Both the position numbers and the translations under genes were made by a program. Positions 12,402 through 25,163 of a stretch of 64,000 nt of DNA are shown piece after piece. The stretch is from Haliotis rufescens (lineage: Eukaryota), in contig NW_025963779.1 in NCBI RefSeq assembly GCF_023055435.1, forward strand, positions 21,266,001 to 21,330,000, written 5' to 3'. The notes beneath the pieces were generated by a model that was given only the letters and a program-made list of their open reading frames with translations, ran no database searches and was not told the DNA's origin. Position 1 is the first letter of the stretch. Each line of letters opens with the position of its first letter.

Positions 12402-12530
12402 CTATTCCAGCAATATCACAGCGGGGGACACCAGAAATTGGCTTCACACATTTTACCCATGTCGGGAATCGAACCCGAGTCTTCGGCGTGACGAGCGAAC
12501 GCTTTAACCACTAGGCTACCCGACCGCCCC
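12402..12530 (-). mobile_element. tRNA-headed SINE, family A
   Basis: Reverse complement of the 16491-16653 element, with A box (TAGCCTAGTGG) and B box (GGTTCGATTCC). Confidence 0.88.
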
Positions 12531-13272
12531 TAACTACATGAGAGAGCACTTCCTTGAATAAACACAAAGTTTTGGATTGGTTTTGACCGACTTCAAAGAC
12601 TAACCAGTCATTTTTAATTGTAAACACACCAATGTTCAATAAGTGCCGTGTTTCAAGAAGTACAGACATCAAACACAACTGTCGGAACTGTCTGCAGGAA
12701 GGTAAACATACATTCCATCTTGTAACCAATCTAATGTGTTGAATCAATTAGTTAATCAAAATGTCTGGTTCATGTTTCGATTATCTTATCCAGCTGTTGA
12801 TCTGGTGCCAATATTAGAAACTTCAGATAAGCTGCACAGCAGAAAATGATTCAGGAATTACCAAGATACTTGAGAAGTTACCATGACAGAAACTGAGGCA
12901 GTCATAGCTGTCTGCAGTATGATTACCAGATGTTACGGTACACTGGAAAACACACTGTGTTATTAATAGATTCCGAAAAAGTTGTTTGAGAACTGTTTGA
13001 TATTATTTCATCACTGGATTTACCAACCGATTGCAGATCTTTGACATACCAAATACAAACTATATAAAGATGTGGCATTTATTCCAAGATGTTATAAAGC
13101 AGAGTCTCAGATGGCAAACATTGGAAAGTTATTTTTAAGTCTATTGCAAACTACAAGATGAGAGATGAGTTCATAAAGCACACCAGTGAATATATTCAAT
13201 AAACTGTCACACTAGAACATTAAAAATATGGAAATGTCTGTCCACAGTGGGATGTTCATGAAGATAGCAAAC

Positions 13273-13350
13273 CTGATTGATGTTAGGGACACTGGTGGTC
13301 TTCCGTAAAGATCTCCCACTGACGGCGAGGTGTTCCTTAACAGCGACCTC
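13273..13350 (-). CDS. KIF13: KIF13 exon (EVAVKEHLAVSGRSLRKTTSVPNINQ)
   Basis: CAG acceptor, CAG|GTTTGC donor, 78 nt, phase 0-0. Matches KIF13B EVAVKEQLTGKGKLSRRSISSPNVN. Confidence 0.9.
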
Positions 13351-13451
13351 CTGTTGGACACACAAGAGAATATGAGTGAGTATTGTTTTATGCCGCTTTT
13401 AGCAAATTAAAAAAAATCATCTCCTGTCACGTTAACAAGCTTCTCCCCTCT

Positions 13452-14213
13452 ACTGTGTTAGGAAGTGCCCCACCCCCACTGAGTTAGGAAGTGCCCCATC
13501 CCCAGTGAGCCAGGAAGTGCCCTGCCACCACTGAGCCAGGAAGTGCCCTGCCACCACTGAGACAGGAAGTGCCCTGCCACCACTGAGACAGGAAGTGCCC
13601 CACCCCCACTGAGACAGGAAGTGCCCTGCCACCACTGAGCCAGGAAGTGCCCTGCCACCACTGAGCCAGGAAGTGCCCTGCCACCACTGAGACAGGGAGT
13701 GCCCCACCCCCACTGAACCAGGAAGTGCCCCACCCCCACTGAGCCAGGAAGTGCCCTGTCACCTGCTGAGCCAGGAGTCCCCCGCCTACACTGAACCAGG
13801 AAGTGCCTCACCCACACTGATCCAGGAAGTGCCCCACCCTCAATGAGCCAGGAAGTGCCATGCCACCTACTGAGTCAGGATGGCTCTGCCACCTGCAAAG
13901 CTAGGCGTCCCCTGCCCACACTGAACCAGGAAGTGCCCCTGCCCTCAATGAGCCAGGAAGTGCCATACCACCTACTGAGTCAGGATGGCTCTGCCACCTG
14001 CAAAGCTAGGCGTCCCCTGCCCACACTGAACCAGGAAGTGCCCCTGCCCTCAATGAGCCAGGAAGTGCCATGCCACCTACTGAGTCAGGATGGCTCTGCC
14101 ACCTGCAAAGCTAGGCGTCCCCTGCCCACACTGAACCAGGAAGTGCCCCTGCCCTCACAATGAGCTAGGAAGGGCCCTGCCCTCCACTGAGTCAGGAAGT
14201 GCCCCATCCCCAC
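13452..14213. repeat. 26-bp minisatellite (CTGAGCCAGGAAGTGCCCTGCCACCA) with a 105-bp higher-order unit x3 at ~13840-14160
   Basis: Tandem periodicity; fills most of one KIF13 intron. Confidence 0.93.
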
Positions 14214-14229
14214 TTCGCCTTACACTGAC

Positions 14230-14436
14230 CTGACGTAGTCTATCAATGGTAAGGATGCTCTCCACGACCGAGATGCCCTTGATGTACTTCTCGATGTAGG
14301 TCTCCCCATCCACAGCCTTGGTCTCGTTCTGACTAGCGGCCATCTGGGCCAGGGTCTCCATACCCTCCAGGTCCTCTGACCCCTTTGGAATGTTGGACAT
14401 GACCTTATAGGTGATACCACTGGCATACAGGTAGTC
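14230..14436 (-). CDS. KIF13: KIF13 exon (DYLYASGITYKVMSNIPKG...ETYIEKYIKGISVVESILTIDRLRQ)
   Basis: TTCTTTCCAG acceptor, CAG|GTCAGT donor, 207 nt, phase 0-0. Matches KIF13A SCGVTYEIVSNIPK...DGETYIEKYTRGVLQVENILSLERLRQ and is the direct protein continuation of the + strand exon 3230-3454. Confidence 0.93.
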
Positions 14437-14661
14437 CTGGAAAGAAGCGGGCATTGACATTGAGGACGAGGTCTTGCAACTTTCCATCTAGACACTAAGT
14501 AATGGAGTTTCTATGCATATCTATCACAGCTGAGATTTGGTCCTGTACTTATACATCCAATTATCCCACCCCTTCCAAACTAAAAATATGACACACAAAC
14601 TACCCCTTCAATGAACCTGTTCTTTAGGATTGTAGGTATGATCTCGCCAATGAACAAAGTG

Positions 14662-15366
14662 CAATGTGCCCCTACCCTCTGATGAACCCAGCACAATGTG
14701 CCCCTACCCTCTGATGAACCCAGCACAATGTGCCCTTACCCTCTGATGAACCAAGCACAATGTGCCCTTACCCTCTGATGAACCAAGCACAATGTGCCCC
14801 TACCCTCTGATGAATCCAGCACAATGTGCCCTTACCCTCTGATGAACCAAGCACAATGTGCCTCTACCCTCTGATGAACCCAGTACACATACCTACCCCT
14901 CCGATGAACCTCGTACAACGTGCCCCTACCCTCTGATGAACCCAGCACAATGTGCCCCTACCCCCTGATGAAACCCAGTACAATGTGCCCCTACACTCTG
15001 ATGAACCCAGCACAATGTGCCTCTACCCTCTGATGAACCCAGCACAATGTGCCTCTACCCTCCGATGAACCCATGTACCTTCCCCTCCAATGAACCCATG
15101 TACCTTCCCCTCCAATGAACCCATGTACCTATCCCTCTGATGACACAGTTCAGTCTACACCTACCCCTCCAATGAACCCATGTACCTATCCCTCTGATGA
15201 CACAGTTCAGTCTACACCTTCCCCTCCGAAGAACCCATGTACCTATCCCTCTGATGACACAGTTCAGTCTACACCTACCCCTCCAATGAACCCATGTACC
15301 TATCCCCCTGATGACACAGTTCAGTCTACACCTACCCCTCCAATGAACCCATGTACCATGTACCTA
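14662..15366 (-). repeat. 32-bp repeat (14662-15060) grading into the reverse complement of the 57-bp repeat of 3440-3807
   Basis: Shared CCTACCCTCTGATGAACCC core; 57-bp units at ~15115-15355. Confidence 0.93.
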
Positions 15367-15477
15367 CCGGGTATACTCACCCACGCACGCACGCACGAAA
15401 GCACGCCCGCCCGCACGCCCACCCACCCACTCACTCACTCACTCACTCACTCATATTGAATGGTATTCTGCTCTCAG

Positions 15478-15668
15478 GTCAGCCTAAATTAAAGAATGCC
15501 CCCGACTGTAATCAGAGCCTGTTACTGCAGACCGAAGACCAGAACTTTGACTCACCGTTCGTCCACCTGGAACCCCCTCTCGACGTGGACGACTACATGT
15601 TTGGTCTGACGGACTGCGAGGGCATCTCCGATCTTTTCGATGCCTATGATATCACGCTAGCAGTATAG
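15478..15668 (+). CDS. E2F3: terminal exon of an activator E2F (E2F1/2/3 type), carrying the transactivation and pocket-protein-binding motif
   Basis: CTCTCAG acceptor; [44 protein letters not shown] matches E2F3 QQTEDQ...PFVNLLPPL...[20 protein letters not shown]; TAG stop, then a long AT-rich UTR-like region. Confidence 0.9.
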
Positions 15669-16477
15669 TTGTCTGTTTAGGAATGCTGTACAGGAGAGAC
15701 ACACTGTCATTCTGCAATCTTTTTGTGTTTTCTTTTCTTTTTCAACAAATTCAAGAAATCCTAATATTGAGGTTTAATTGCTTCAACGGTATATGATTTT
15801 GTTAAGGATGTTTCCTATGTTTGAGTGGGAACTTTTTGAATTGCTATGATATATAGTCCAACTTTGTTGAAACTTCGTTAACTTAATACATTGTTTTAAG
15901 ACAATGTAATGTTATTGTCCGGAGAGAAACCTCATCACCAAAATGTTCTAATATAGGTGCTCTTGACCCTTCTGACAGTCTTCATAACCAGAGTGAACAA
16001 GGTTTTGCTGAAGATACCTTGTACCAGCTTAACTATAAAGCTCTCATATGCTGTTGATGTACATTACGCAGTTGTGTAGCTTGAAGTATTCCTCCCCCCC
16101 CCCCCCCCCCCTCTCCTGCAGAGCATTCTAAACAGAGGCGTGGCTAGTTAGACTTGACCATGCTAGTAATGTGTTGTGTAGATGTGTGGCTTTTTCTGTG
16201 TGAATGGCAGGCCAGGTTTGTGGAGAAGAGATACTCATTTTGAATTTGTGAACTGCTAGATACTGAGTGAGCATTGAATGTTACTTCATTTAAGCACTGC
16301 ATGTAATGTTTTGAAAAGCTTCTGTTTCTTTTCGTCAGAAGTATTTACAATATAATGGGTAGTATTGTCGATAAATCATGAATAAGCTTGTATCATGATC
16401 TGATTAATATGCAAATAAGGCACCCTAGCCGAAATTGTTTTTGATCTCTGTACATGAATTCAATGTCTTGTTTGCTC

Positions 16478-16483
16478 AATAAA
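16478..16483 (+). terminator. candidate polyadenylation signal for the E2F 3' UTR
   Basis: AATAAA about 0.8 kb after the stop; others occur further downstream. Confidence 0.35.
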
Positions 16484-16490
16484 CTATTGA

Positions 16491-16653
16491 GGGGACAGTC
16501 AGGTAGCCTAGTGGTTAAAGTGTTTGCTCGTCACGCCGAAGACCCGGGTTCGATTCCCGACATGGGTACAAGGTGTGAAGCCAATTTCTGTTGTCCCCTG
16601 CCGTGATATTGCTGGAATATTGCTAAAAGCGGCGTAAAACCAAACTCACTCAG
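16491..16653 (+). mobile_element. tRNA-headed SINE, family A, full length with 11-bp TSD
   Basis: A box TAGCCTAGTGG, B box GGTTCGATTCC, (ACTC)n tail; TSD TAAACTATTGA at 16480-16490 and 16654-16664. Other copies at ~44295-44422 (-) and ~60258-60393 (-). Confidence 0.92.
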
Positions 16654-17075
16654 TAAACTATTGACTTACCAAATTGTAGCGTTTTCCGAGGTTTGAGTGA
16701 TTATGTAGACAAGTATGGCTGCAAGTTGTTTGTAACTATGTTATGAATGGGACGGTTCACACAGAATTTACCTCTTGTATTTGTGATGAAATACTGGAGA
16801 CTTTAAAGTCCCAATGAGCAGTTGACAAAACTTTTCCATCTACACATTAGTCACTTACCTTCAATGCTTGAAAACATATGAAGTTAGTGATTACTTATCC
16901 ACTGCCACAATCTCATGCTTCAAAGGGCTTGTAGTCTGATGTCCTGAGTCGAGCATGGCAAGGTGAGGTGAAATGAGGTTTAAAGTCGTGTTCCAAGCTT
17001 ACAGTAGTTCCTGCTCGGTGGCCTTATTTGCATATATATCAGAACATGTGTACAAGTGTATTGGATTGGTTTAAA

Positions 17076-17431
17076 GTGAGGTGAGGTGAAATGGGGTTTA
17101 ACGTCGCGTCCAAGATTATTGCACTTATATAGCGACGTGCATGTATGTGTGTGTGTTTGTGTGGCTGCTTGTACTAGTCCGGACTGATGCCGATTTATAG
17201 TGCTAGCTCACTGAGATACCATGCGGCAGTTTAACATGAATACCCCACTCAGACACAGTATACTGACTCCAAGCCGACCAGTCCTTGCTTTAGCCCCTTA
17301 ATGCCGAGTGCCAGACAGGGTAACAACAAGTACCATCTTTTAACGTCTTTTGGTATGACGCGGTCGGGGATCGAACCCCGGACCTTCCGCTCTCCGGGCG
17401 GACGCTCTACCACTAGACCACGGAGGCGGTC
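17076..17431 (-). mobile_element. tRNA-headed SINE with a Meta/MESC-like central domain, full length
   Basis: A/B boxes, GTCATACCAAAAGACGTTAAAAGATGGTAC...CAGTGAGCTAGCACTATAA core, (CACCT)n tail, 13-bp near-perfect TSD TGGATTGGTTKAA at 17062-17074 and 17432-17444. Tail or body fragments at ~16960, ~59030, ~60075 and ~62070-62152. Confidence 0.85.
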
Positions 17432-19345
17432 TGGATTGGTTGAACACATCAGTAACACTATCTATTATTTATTATATATATGTATTAAGTATTTATGAAG
17501 TAAAAGACGAGGGGGAATTGTTTATCGTACAATAAAACACTGCAGTGAAAATCCATGCTAGGCGCAGGCCCTTGTGATTTATTCTCCTTGCAGTTTTTAA
17601 TTATACGATAACAACCATGAGTCGTTCATCTCTTATGTGAGATATCAACAATATTTTCAACCTCCCTAGGATGTTAATAAATTTTAAATTTTACAAGCTT
17701 TAAAATTCTTTACCCATATTTAAATAATAATTGACTCCCTGTATCTAATCTGATCTTCGCAATGTTGGACAAGTCTGTTTTATGAACAGAGGCCAAAATT
17801 GAGTATTTTCTGAATATTCTCATCTTGCATTGATTATCTGTAAAATTTCTCCCAATACAGATTGCCATATCTCTCTCACTGTTTTGATGCGATCGTTTGG
17901 CCACACGTTTATCTGTGTTGCCCAGCTGCATCTAGGGGGGATAACTCCATACCCTAACAAAAATAACATCCAATTTATGACGTCGTCAAGTTGCGAGTGC
18001 ATGTTCGAATCTCCAGAAATAACATCATGATAGAACAATCTTTTATAGTGAAATAAACCATACTTTGTTCTTCATTGTTCACATAGCCATCTTATATTAT
18101 GTGATCAATACTTTTTAATGATCAGTCAATGCTGTACAAATTAACTCAAAGGAGTCAACTATTTCCATGGATCATTTGGTCAGTTCACTTCAGAAAACGA
18201 TCTCTTCTCCACAATCTTGCTCTAGAGGTGCTTTATTTATATACCATATTTACATGAAGACAAACTGTACAAACTGTTTCTTATTTTGATTATGCAGATC
18301 ACTGCCAAGTACATAATGTACTGATATAGGTGTATCCCTTGCTGTGCTGTTTCCGTGGTATTTATTATAGTGAAACAGCCGGCAAAAGTGCTTTTGTTGA
18401 CATTGTTACGGTATTGCCCTATTAACCAGCCATGTTGTCATCCCCATTGTTTTGAGTGTCTCAGGTATGTGTGGGGTCATCTCAAAAGTTCTTTTTATTG
18501 CACATCAGGACTTGATTTCAGATATTGCTGTACTCGATTTCCTCTGAACCCTTTGAGATGGCCCATGACTAATGGCAGGTGTAACTGAGTCTTTTATGTC
18601 GTTTGCAGTAGGTGTTTCATTCATTGCACACATGTCAAGATGTTACGTCACAAAATAGAAATTTGTTTTCGAGGTATATTTTTATGTTAAACATTTTGGA
18701 TAAGCGTTGGGATGGTTTGTGTTGTTTTTGAAAATACCTTCAAGTTTAGTGCAAAAAATGTTAAGGAAATCTTGACGATTTGATAAGTCGTAGATATAGA
18801 TATGCAGGTGCAGTTATGTACTCGGGTGCATATTTTGCACATATAGTTGACGGTTTGCTTAACTGCATCTCATATAAGTGTTTTCAACTTTTGTGTAAAA
18901 CACTGATGTACTCGAATACTTTTTTACCACAGCATTTTCAGTGTAAAAATTCTGTTTGCTTTTACCTTTATATCTTGCCCCTTTTAACTTATTATCACTA
19001 GATTTATATATTTAATCCCATGAATTGTTGAATGAAGTTAATATGGAAAACAAAACAATAATTTGAATATCTTTTAGTATTTCTAGTCACCATGCCAAAT
19101 GTTCTAAATAGTATTAGTGAAACCATTTCTAGATTAATTGGACAAGGTTCATTTTACACAGAACATTTTGATAAATACAAACTTTACAATGCTTGGGGTG
19201 CAGTGAAAAAGACAGTCAAGAGTTATCTCCCCTTGACCTCCATTTCATTCCATGTGGAAGAGATAAGTTCGAAAAATCTGTGAGAAGGAAAGACTCCTCA
19301 AATTTTATGATTGTTCCACATTTACGAGATGTTGGTACAGGCCAT

Positions 19346-19451
19346 GGCCCACTTGCACAAAGCGATCTTAGCACTAAGACTATCGTAAGCCTATGTTAAA
19401 GTATGGGAGTTACGATCATCTTAGCGCTAAGATCGCTTTGTCAAGTGGGCC
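19346..19451. mobile_element. palindromic MITE with GGGCCCACTTG ends (Harbinger/Tourist-like); second copy at ~51332-51430
   Basis: Long TIRs (CCACTTGCACAAAGCGATCTTAGCACTAAGA and TCTTAGCGCTAAGATCGCTTTGTCAAGTGG); dispersed near-identical copy. Confidence 0.75.
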
Positions 19452-21795
19452 CAGTAAACCAAATAATGATAAAAAAATGTTTTCCTTATCTTATGGAGTG
19501 ATCATGTTACTGTGGAAATACATCATCTATCCTCTGGTAAGACCAACAGAGGCCCTTTAGTCAATGTGAACAAGAAAAAATAGCAGTTGGAGGTGGGAAG
19601 GTATGCATCTGTTGACCCTACAGTCTGTTTGTTCATATTTTCTGCGCATATGCATTTATGGATTTTGGTGATTGTAATACAACACAAATGCTAGTACATA
19701 CTGGAAGTGAAAACAGGTGCTTGAGTCGGACAGTTCTATTTACATCCTGCACAGTGTATATTGTATTGTATAATTTATTTAGCATATATGTACAGGTTTG
19801 TAGTTAATATAAGATGATATTAGCACAATTCTGACCTTGTAAGAGAAATGGTCATAAAAGTAACGTTATTACTGAAGAAATATTTTGATAGATATTGCAG
19901 AAAATGAAATAATTATGTTATTGATAGATTAGAAAATAATTATCTGCTTACACAAGTCACAAGAAAAGATTGCTCGTTTCCTTGCATGAAAATAGGTTGT
20001 AACCTCCCTCATTGACTTTAAAAGTGAATCGATTTCCTATTCAATATGCCCATTTGTAACATCTACATTTCATTTGTGAATGACGCAGCTGGTGATGGTG
20101 TTCCTGAACTGGGTTTCATCGTCTTCTCAGTGTTCCAATTCTCCTCCATCCATGCATCATCCATAAATACATTTATTTTCGTACTGCGGTAATCTTGTCT
20201 GGAAAGTGCCTTGTTGATGTTTGTATTTTTGTCACTAAAGACTCACTTCATACATACTCGCCTGTAGCCTTCAGCCTTCTATATTCACATCTACTCTCAT
20301 CCATGCACATTAACGCCAATCTCTGAAGAAATCTTCCCTTTAAGAAAAATCTTCAATTTTACATCTATTTTCAAGGCCCAACTTGTGATGTGCCCCAGTC
20401 TCTATGGGTTCATCCAGACAGTTCCTGGTCACTGGTGTGGACCAACAAATGTCTTGATTAATAAATCTGAGACACGTTCTAATATACGTTCGCAACAGCA
20501 AATGTCTCGAAAATGACGTTGAGACTTGTGAATTCCCATTACATACCGTAGTCTACTGTCTCGGAGGCATGATCGCATTATATGCAGCACAGGTTTATAG
20601 GTGTCTTTTTATCAGAAGTGTTGGGATGAAGAATTTATGAAAACAGAATATTTTAGCAGTGTTTGTGCAAATCATTTAATTAGTAATGATAAACTTATTT
20701 CCTACCAACCTGATATTTTAAAGATTTTTATGTTTTGAAAATGAAAGAAAATGTAACTTATGTAGTATCGAGTAGGGTTAACTTGAAGGGAAATTGTGAA
20801 TTTGAGATAATATTTCAGTTGGCACATGTTCGCTTTAGAGCAGCCTTCTGACCTGCACACCTGTACACAGTTGTTTAGAAGCACAATTGAAGATGCTACC
20901 TATTTTCTGTAATTTCCTATTTGATCATGTGTGCCAATAACTGGTGTCTTGTACTTAAGAAGGTCAAAGCTTTTTTTGTAACATTTTTTTTCGAGTTTAG
21001 AGTTTTTCAAGAATGAGTCATTTATGTGTCATCTGTCCTCGATTCAAGAATGAATCATTTGTGTCACCCGTGGTTGATGCTGTCGTCATTGCTGTGTCTT
21101 CACAGGTTGTTAGTCTTCTTCATGTTTCATGCCGTGTTGCTTGTGACACCAGCCATGAGTCAAATGCATTGTCGGACTTATTTTCTTCGTCTAATTCCAA
21201 GTGTGAATCTCGTATCTATGAGACTAGTTTACATTTACATCACATAGCTTCCATTTGAATCTTACTGAAATTACTTAGCATCAGCTGTACTTTATTACTG
21301 TGGGGTACACATACAAGTTTATCCTCAAGTCACAGTTAGCTCTGAACATCACACTTGCTAGCTGATGCTTTGAAAGAATCGAAGCTAGGATGCTGATACA
21401 TGAAAAAGCTTCTGACATTATGCAAGACATATATCAAATGTATGTAGTTTCTATGATGAATTCTTAGGTTTGTTTTCCATCAGATAAGAATGTACTTATT
21501 TGATATGTTTATGTCGCAGGGGATAGCTGAAATAGTGCTGACGCGGCATTAAGCCTCGTTCTCGCTTGATATAGTTTTATCAGCCCAGCTAGCAACATTC
21601 CACTGCCATGATGGCTTCCAGATGGAAGTAGTCATCCCTGTTATGTTTCTATAACACCAAACCATTAAGGAGAAAGTGATGTATATGAAGTTGTTTGCAA
21701 CATGTACTCCCATCTAATCATTGAAATCAACTCACTTTGAAATGGGATTTGTATTGTCAAGAGCAGCTATCTTGGTCATCAGAAAAAAACAAAAA

Positions 21796-24700
21796 CATGG
21801 ACCTGCCAGACTCTCTATCCCCTGGACCTGTCAGGTTCTGTGTCCCATGGAAAAAGCAGACACTGTATCTCATGGTCAAAGCAGATTCTGTATCCCATGG
21901 ACAAAGCAGACTCTGTATACCATGGACAAAGCAGACTCTGTATCCCATGGACCTGTCAGACATTGTATCCCATGGACCTGTCAGACTCTGTATCCCATGG
22001 ACAAAGCAGACTCTGTATCCCATGGACCTGCCAGACTCTGTATCCCATGGACCTGTCAGACACTGTGTCCCATGGACCTGTCAGACTCTGAACCCCAAAG
22101 GCAAAGCAGATGTTGTATCCCATGGACAAAGCGGACTCTGTATCCCATGGACAAAGCAGATTCTGAACCCCAAAGGCAAAGCAGATGTTGTATCCCATGG
22201 ACAAAGCAGACTCTGTATCCCATGGACCTGTCAGACACTGTGTCCCATGGACCTGTCAGACTCTGTATCCCATGGACAAAGCAGACTCTGTATCCCATGG
22301 ACAAAGCAGATTCTGTGTCCCATGGACAAAGCAGACTTTGTATACCATGGACAAAGCAGACTCTGTATCCCATGGACAAAGCAGACTATGTATCCCATGG
22401 AAAAAAACAGACTCTGCATCCCATGGACCTCCCAGATTCTGAACCCCAAAGGCAAAGCAGATGTTGTATCCCATGGACAAAGCGGACTCTGTATCCAATG
22501 GACCTCCCAGATTCTGAACCCCAAAGGCAAAGCAGATGTTGTATCCAATGGACAAAGCAGACTCTGTATCCCATGGACAAAGCAGATTCTGTGTCCCATG
22601 GACAAAGCGGACTCTGTATCCCATGGACAAAGCAGATTCTGTAACCCATGGACAAAGCAGACTCTGTATCCCATGGACAAAGCAGACTCTGTATCCCATG
22701 GACAAAGCAGACTCTGTATCCCATGGACAAAGCAGATTCTGTAACCCATGGACAAAGCAGACTCTGTATCCCATGGACAAAGCAGACTCTCTATCCCATG
22801 GACAAAGCAGACTCTGTATCCCATGGACAAAGCAGACTCTGTATCCCATGGAAAAAAACAGACTCTGCATCCCATGGACCTCCCAGATTCTGAACCCCAA
22901 AGGCAAAGCAGATGTTGTATCCCATGGACAAAGCGGACTCTGTATCCAATGGACCTCCCAGATTCTGAACCCCAAAGGCAAAGCAGATGTTGTATCCCAT
23001 GGACAAAGCAGACTCTGTATCCCATGGACAAAGCAGATTCTGTGTCCCATGGACAAAGCGGACTCTCTATCCCATGGACAAAGCAGATTCTGTAACCCAT
23101 GGACAAAGCAGACTCTGTATCCAATGGACAAAGCAGACTCTGTATCCCATGGACAAAGCAGACTCTGTATCCCATGGACAAAGCAGACTCTGTATCCCAT
23201 GGACAAAGCAGACTCTGTATCCCATGGACAAAGCAGATTCTGTGTCCCATGGACAAAGCAGACTCTGTATCCCATGGACAAAGCAGACTCTGTATCCCAT
23301 GGACAAAGCAGACTCTGTATCCCATGGAAAAAAACAGACTCTGCATCCCATGGACCTCCCAGATTCTGAACCCCAAAGGCAAAGCAGATGTTGTATCCCA
23401 TGGACAAAGCGGACTCTGTATCCAATGGACCTCCCAGATTCTGAACCCCAAAGGCAAAGCAGATGTTGTATCCCATGGACAAAGCAGACTCTGTATCCCA
23501 TGGACAAAGCAGATTCTGTGTCCCATGGACAAAGCGGACTCTCTATCCCATGGACAAAGCAGATTCTGTAACCCATGGACAAAGCAGACTCTGTATCCCA
23601 TGGACAAAGCAGACTCTGTATCCCATGGACAAAGCAGACTCTGTATCCCATGGACAAAGCAGACTCTGTATCCCATGGACAAAGCAGACTCTGTATCCCA
23701 TGGACAAAGCAGATTATGTATCCCATGGACAAAGCAGATTATGTAACCCATGGACAAAGCAGACTCTGTATCCCATGGACAAAGCAGACTCTGTATCCCA
23801 TGGACAAAGCAGACTCTGTATCCCATGGACAAAGCAGACTCTGTATCCCATGGACAAAGCGGACTCTCTATCCCATGGACAAAGCAGATTCTGTAACCCA
23901 TGGACAAAGCAGACTCTGTATCCAATGGACAAAGCAGACTCTGTATCCCATGGACAAAGCAGACTCTGTATCCCATGGACAAAGCAGACTCTGTATCCCA
24001 TGGACAAAGCAGACTCTGTATCCCATGGACAAAGCAGATTCTGTGTCCCATGGACAAAGCAGACTCTGTATCCCATGGACAAAGCAGACTCTGTATCCCA
24101 TGGACAAAGCAGACTCTGTATCCCATGGAAAAAAACAGACTCTGCATCCCATGGACCTCCCAGATTCTGAACCCCAAAGGCAAAGCAGATGTTGTATCCC
24201 ATGGACAAAGCGGACTCTGTATCCAATGGACCTCCCAGATTCTGAACCCCAAAGGCAAAGCAGATGTTGTATCCCATGGACAAAGCAGACTCTGTATCCC
24301 ATGGACAAAGCAGATTCTGTGTCCCATGGACAAAGCGGACTCTCTATCCCATGGACAAAGCAGATTCTGTAACCCATGGACAAAGCAGACTCTGTATCCC
24401 ATGGACAAAGCAGACTCTGTATCCCATGGACAAAGCAGACTCTGTATCCCATGGACAAAGCAGACTCTGTATCCCATGGACAAAGCAGACTCTGTATCCC
24501 ATGGACAAAGCAGACTCTGTATCCCATGGACAAAGCAGATTATGTAACCCATGGACAAAGCAGACTCTGTATCCCATGGACAAAGCAGACTCTGTATCCC
24601 ATGGACAAAGCAGACTCTGTATCCCATGGACAAAGCAGACTCTGTATCCCATGGAAAAAAACAGACTCTGCATCCCATGGACCTCCCAGATTCTGAACCC

Positions 24701-25163
24701 CAAAGGCAAAGCAGATGTTGTATCCCATGGACAAAGCGGACTCTGTATCCAATGGACCTCCCAGATTCTGAACCCCAAAGGCAAAGCAGATGTTGTATCC
24801 CATGGACAAAGCAGACTCTGTATCCCATGGACAAAGCAGATTCTGTGTCCCATGGACAAAGCGGACTCTCTATCCCATGGACAAAGCAGATTCTGTAACC
24901 CATGGACAAAGCAGACTCTGTATCCCATGGACAAAGCAGACTCTGTATCCCATGGACAAAGCAGACTCTGTATCCCATGGACAAAGCAGATTCTGTAACC
25001 CATGGACAAAGCAGACTCTGTATCCCATGGACAAAGCAGACTCTGTATCCCATGGACAAAGCAGACTCTGTATCCCATGGACAAAGCAGACTCTGTATCC
25101 CATGGACAAAGCAGATTCTGTATCCCATGGACAAAGCAGACTCTGTATCCCATGGACCTGCCA
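21796..25163. repeat. 25-bp minisatellite (CATGGACAAAGCAGACTCTGTATCC), ~130 copies, with higher-order blocks
   Basis: Tandem periodicity; a diagnostic variant cassette recurs five times. Confidence 0.97.

Noticed and set aside
14662-15060. Hammerhead ribozyme array (CTGATGA in each unit)
   Set aside because: No stem II/GAAA or cleavage-site arrangement; the unit derives from the KIF13 exon-intron junction repeat.
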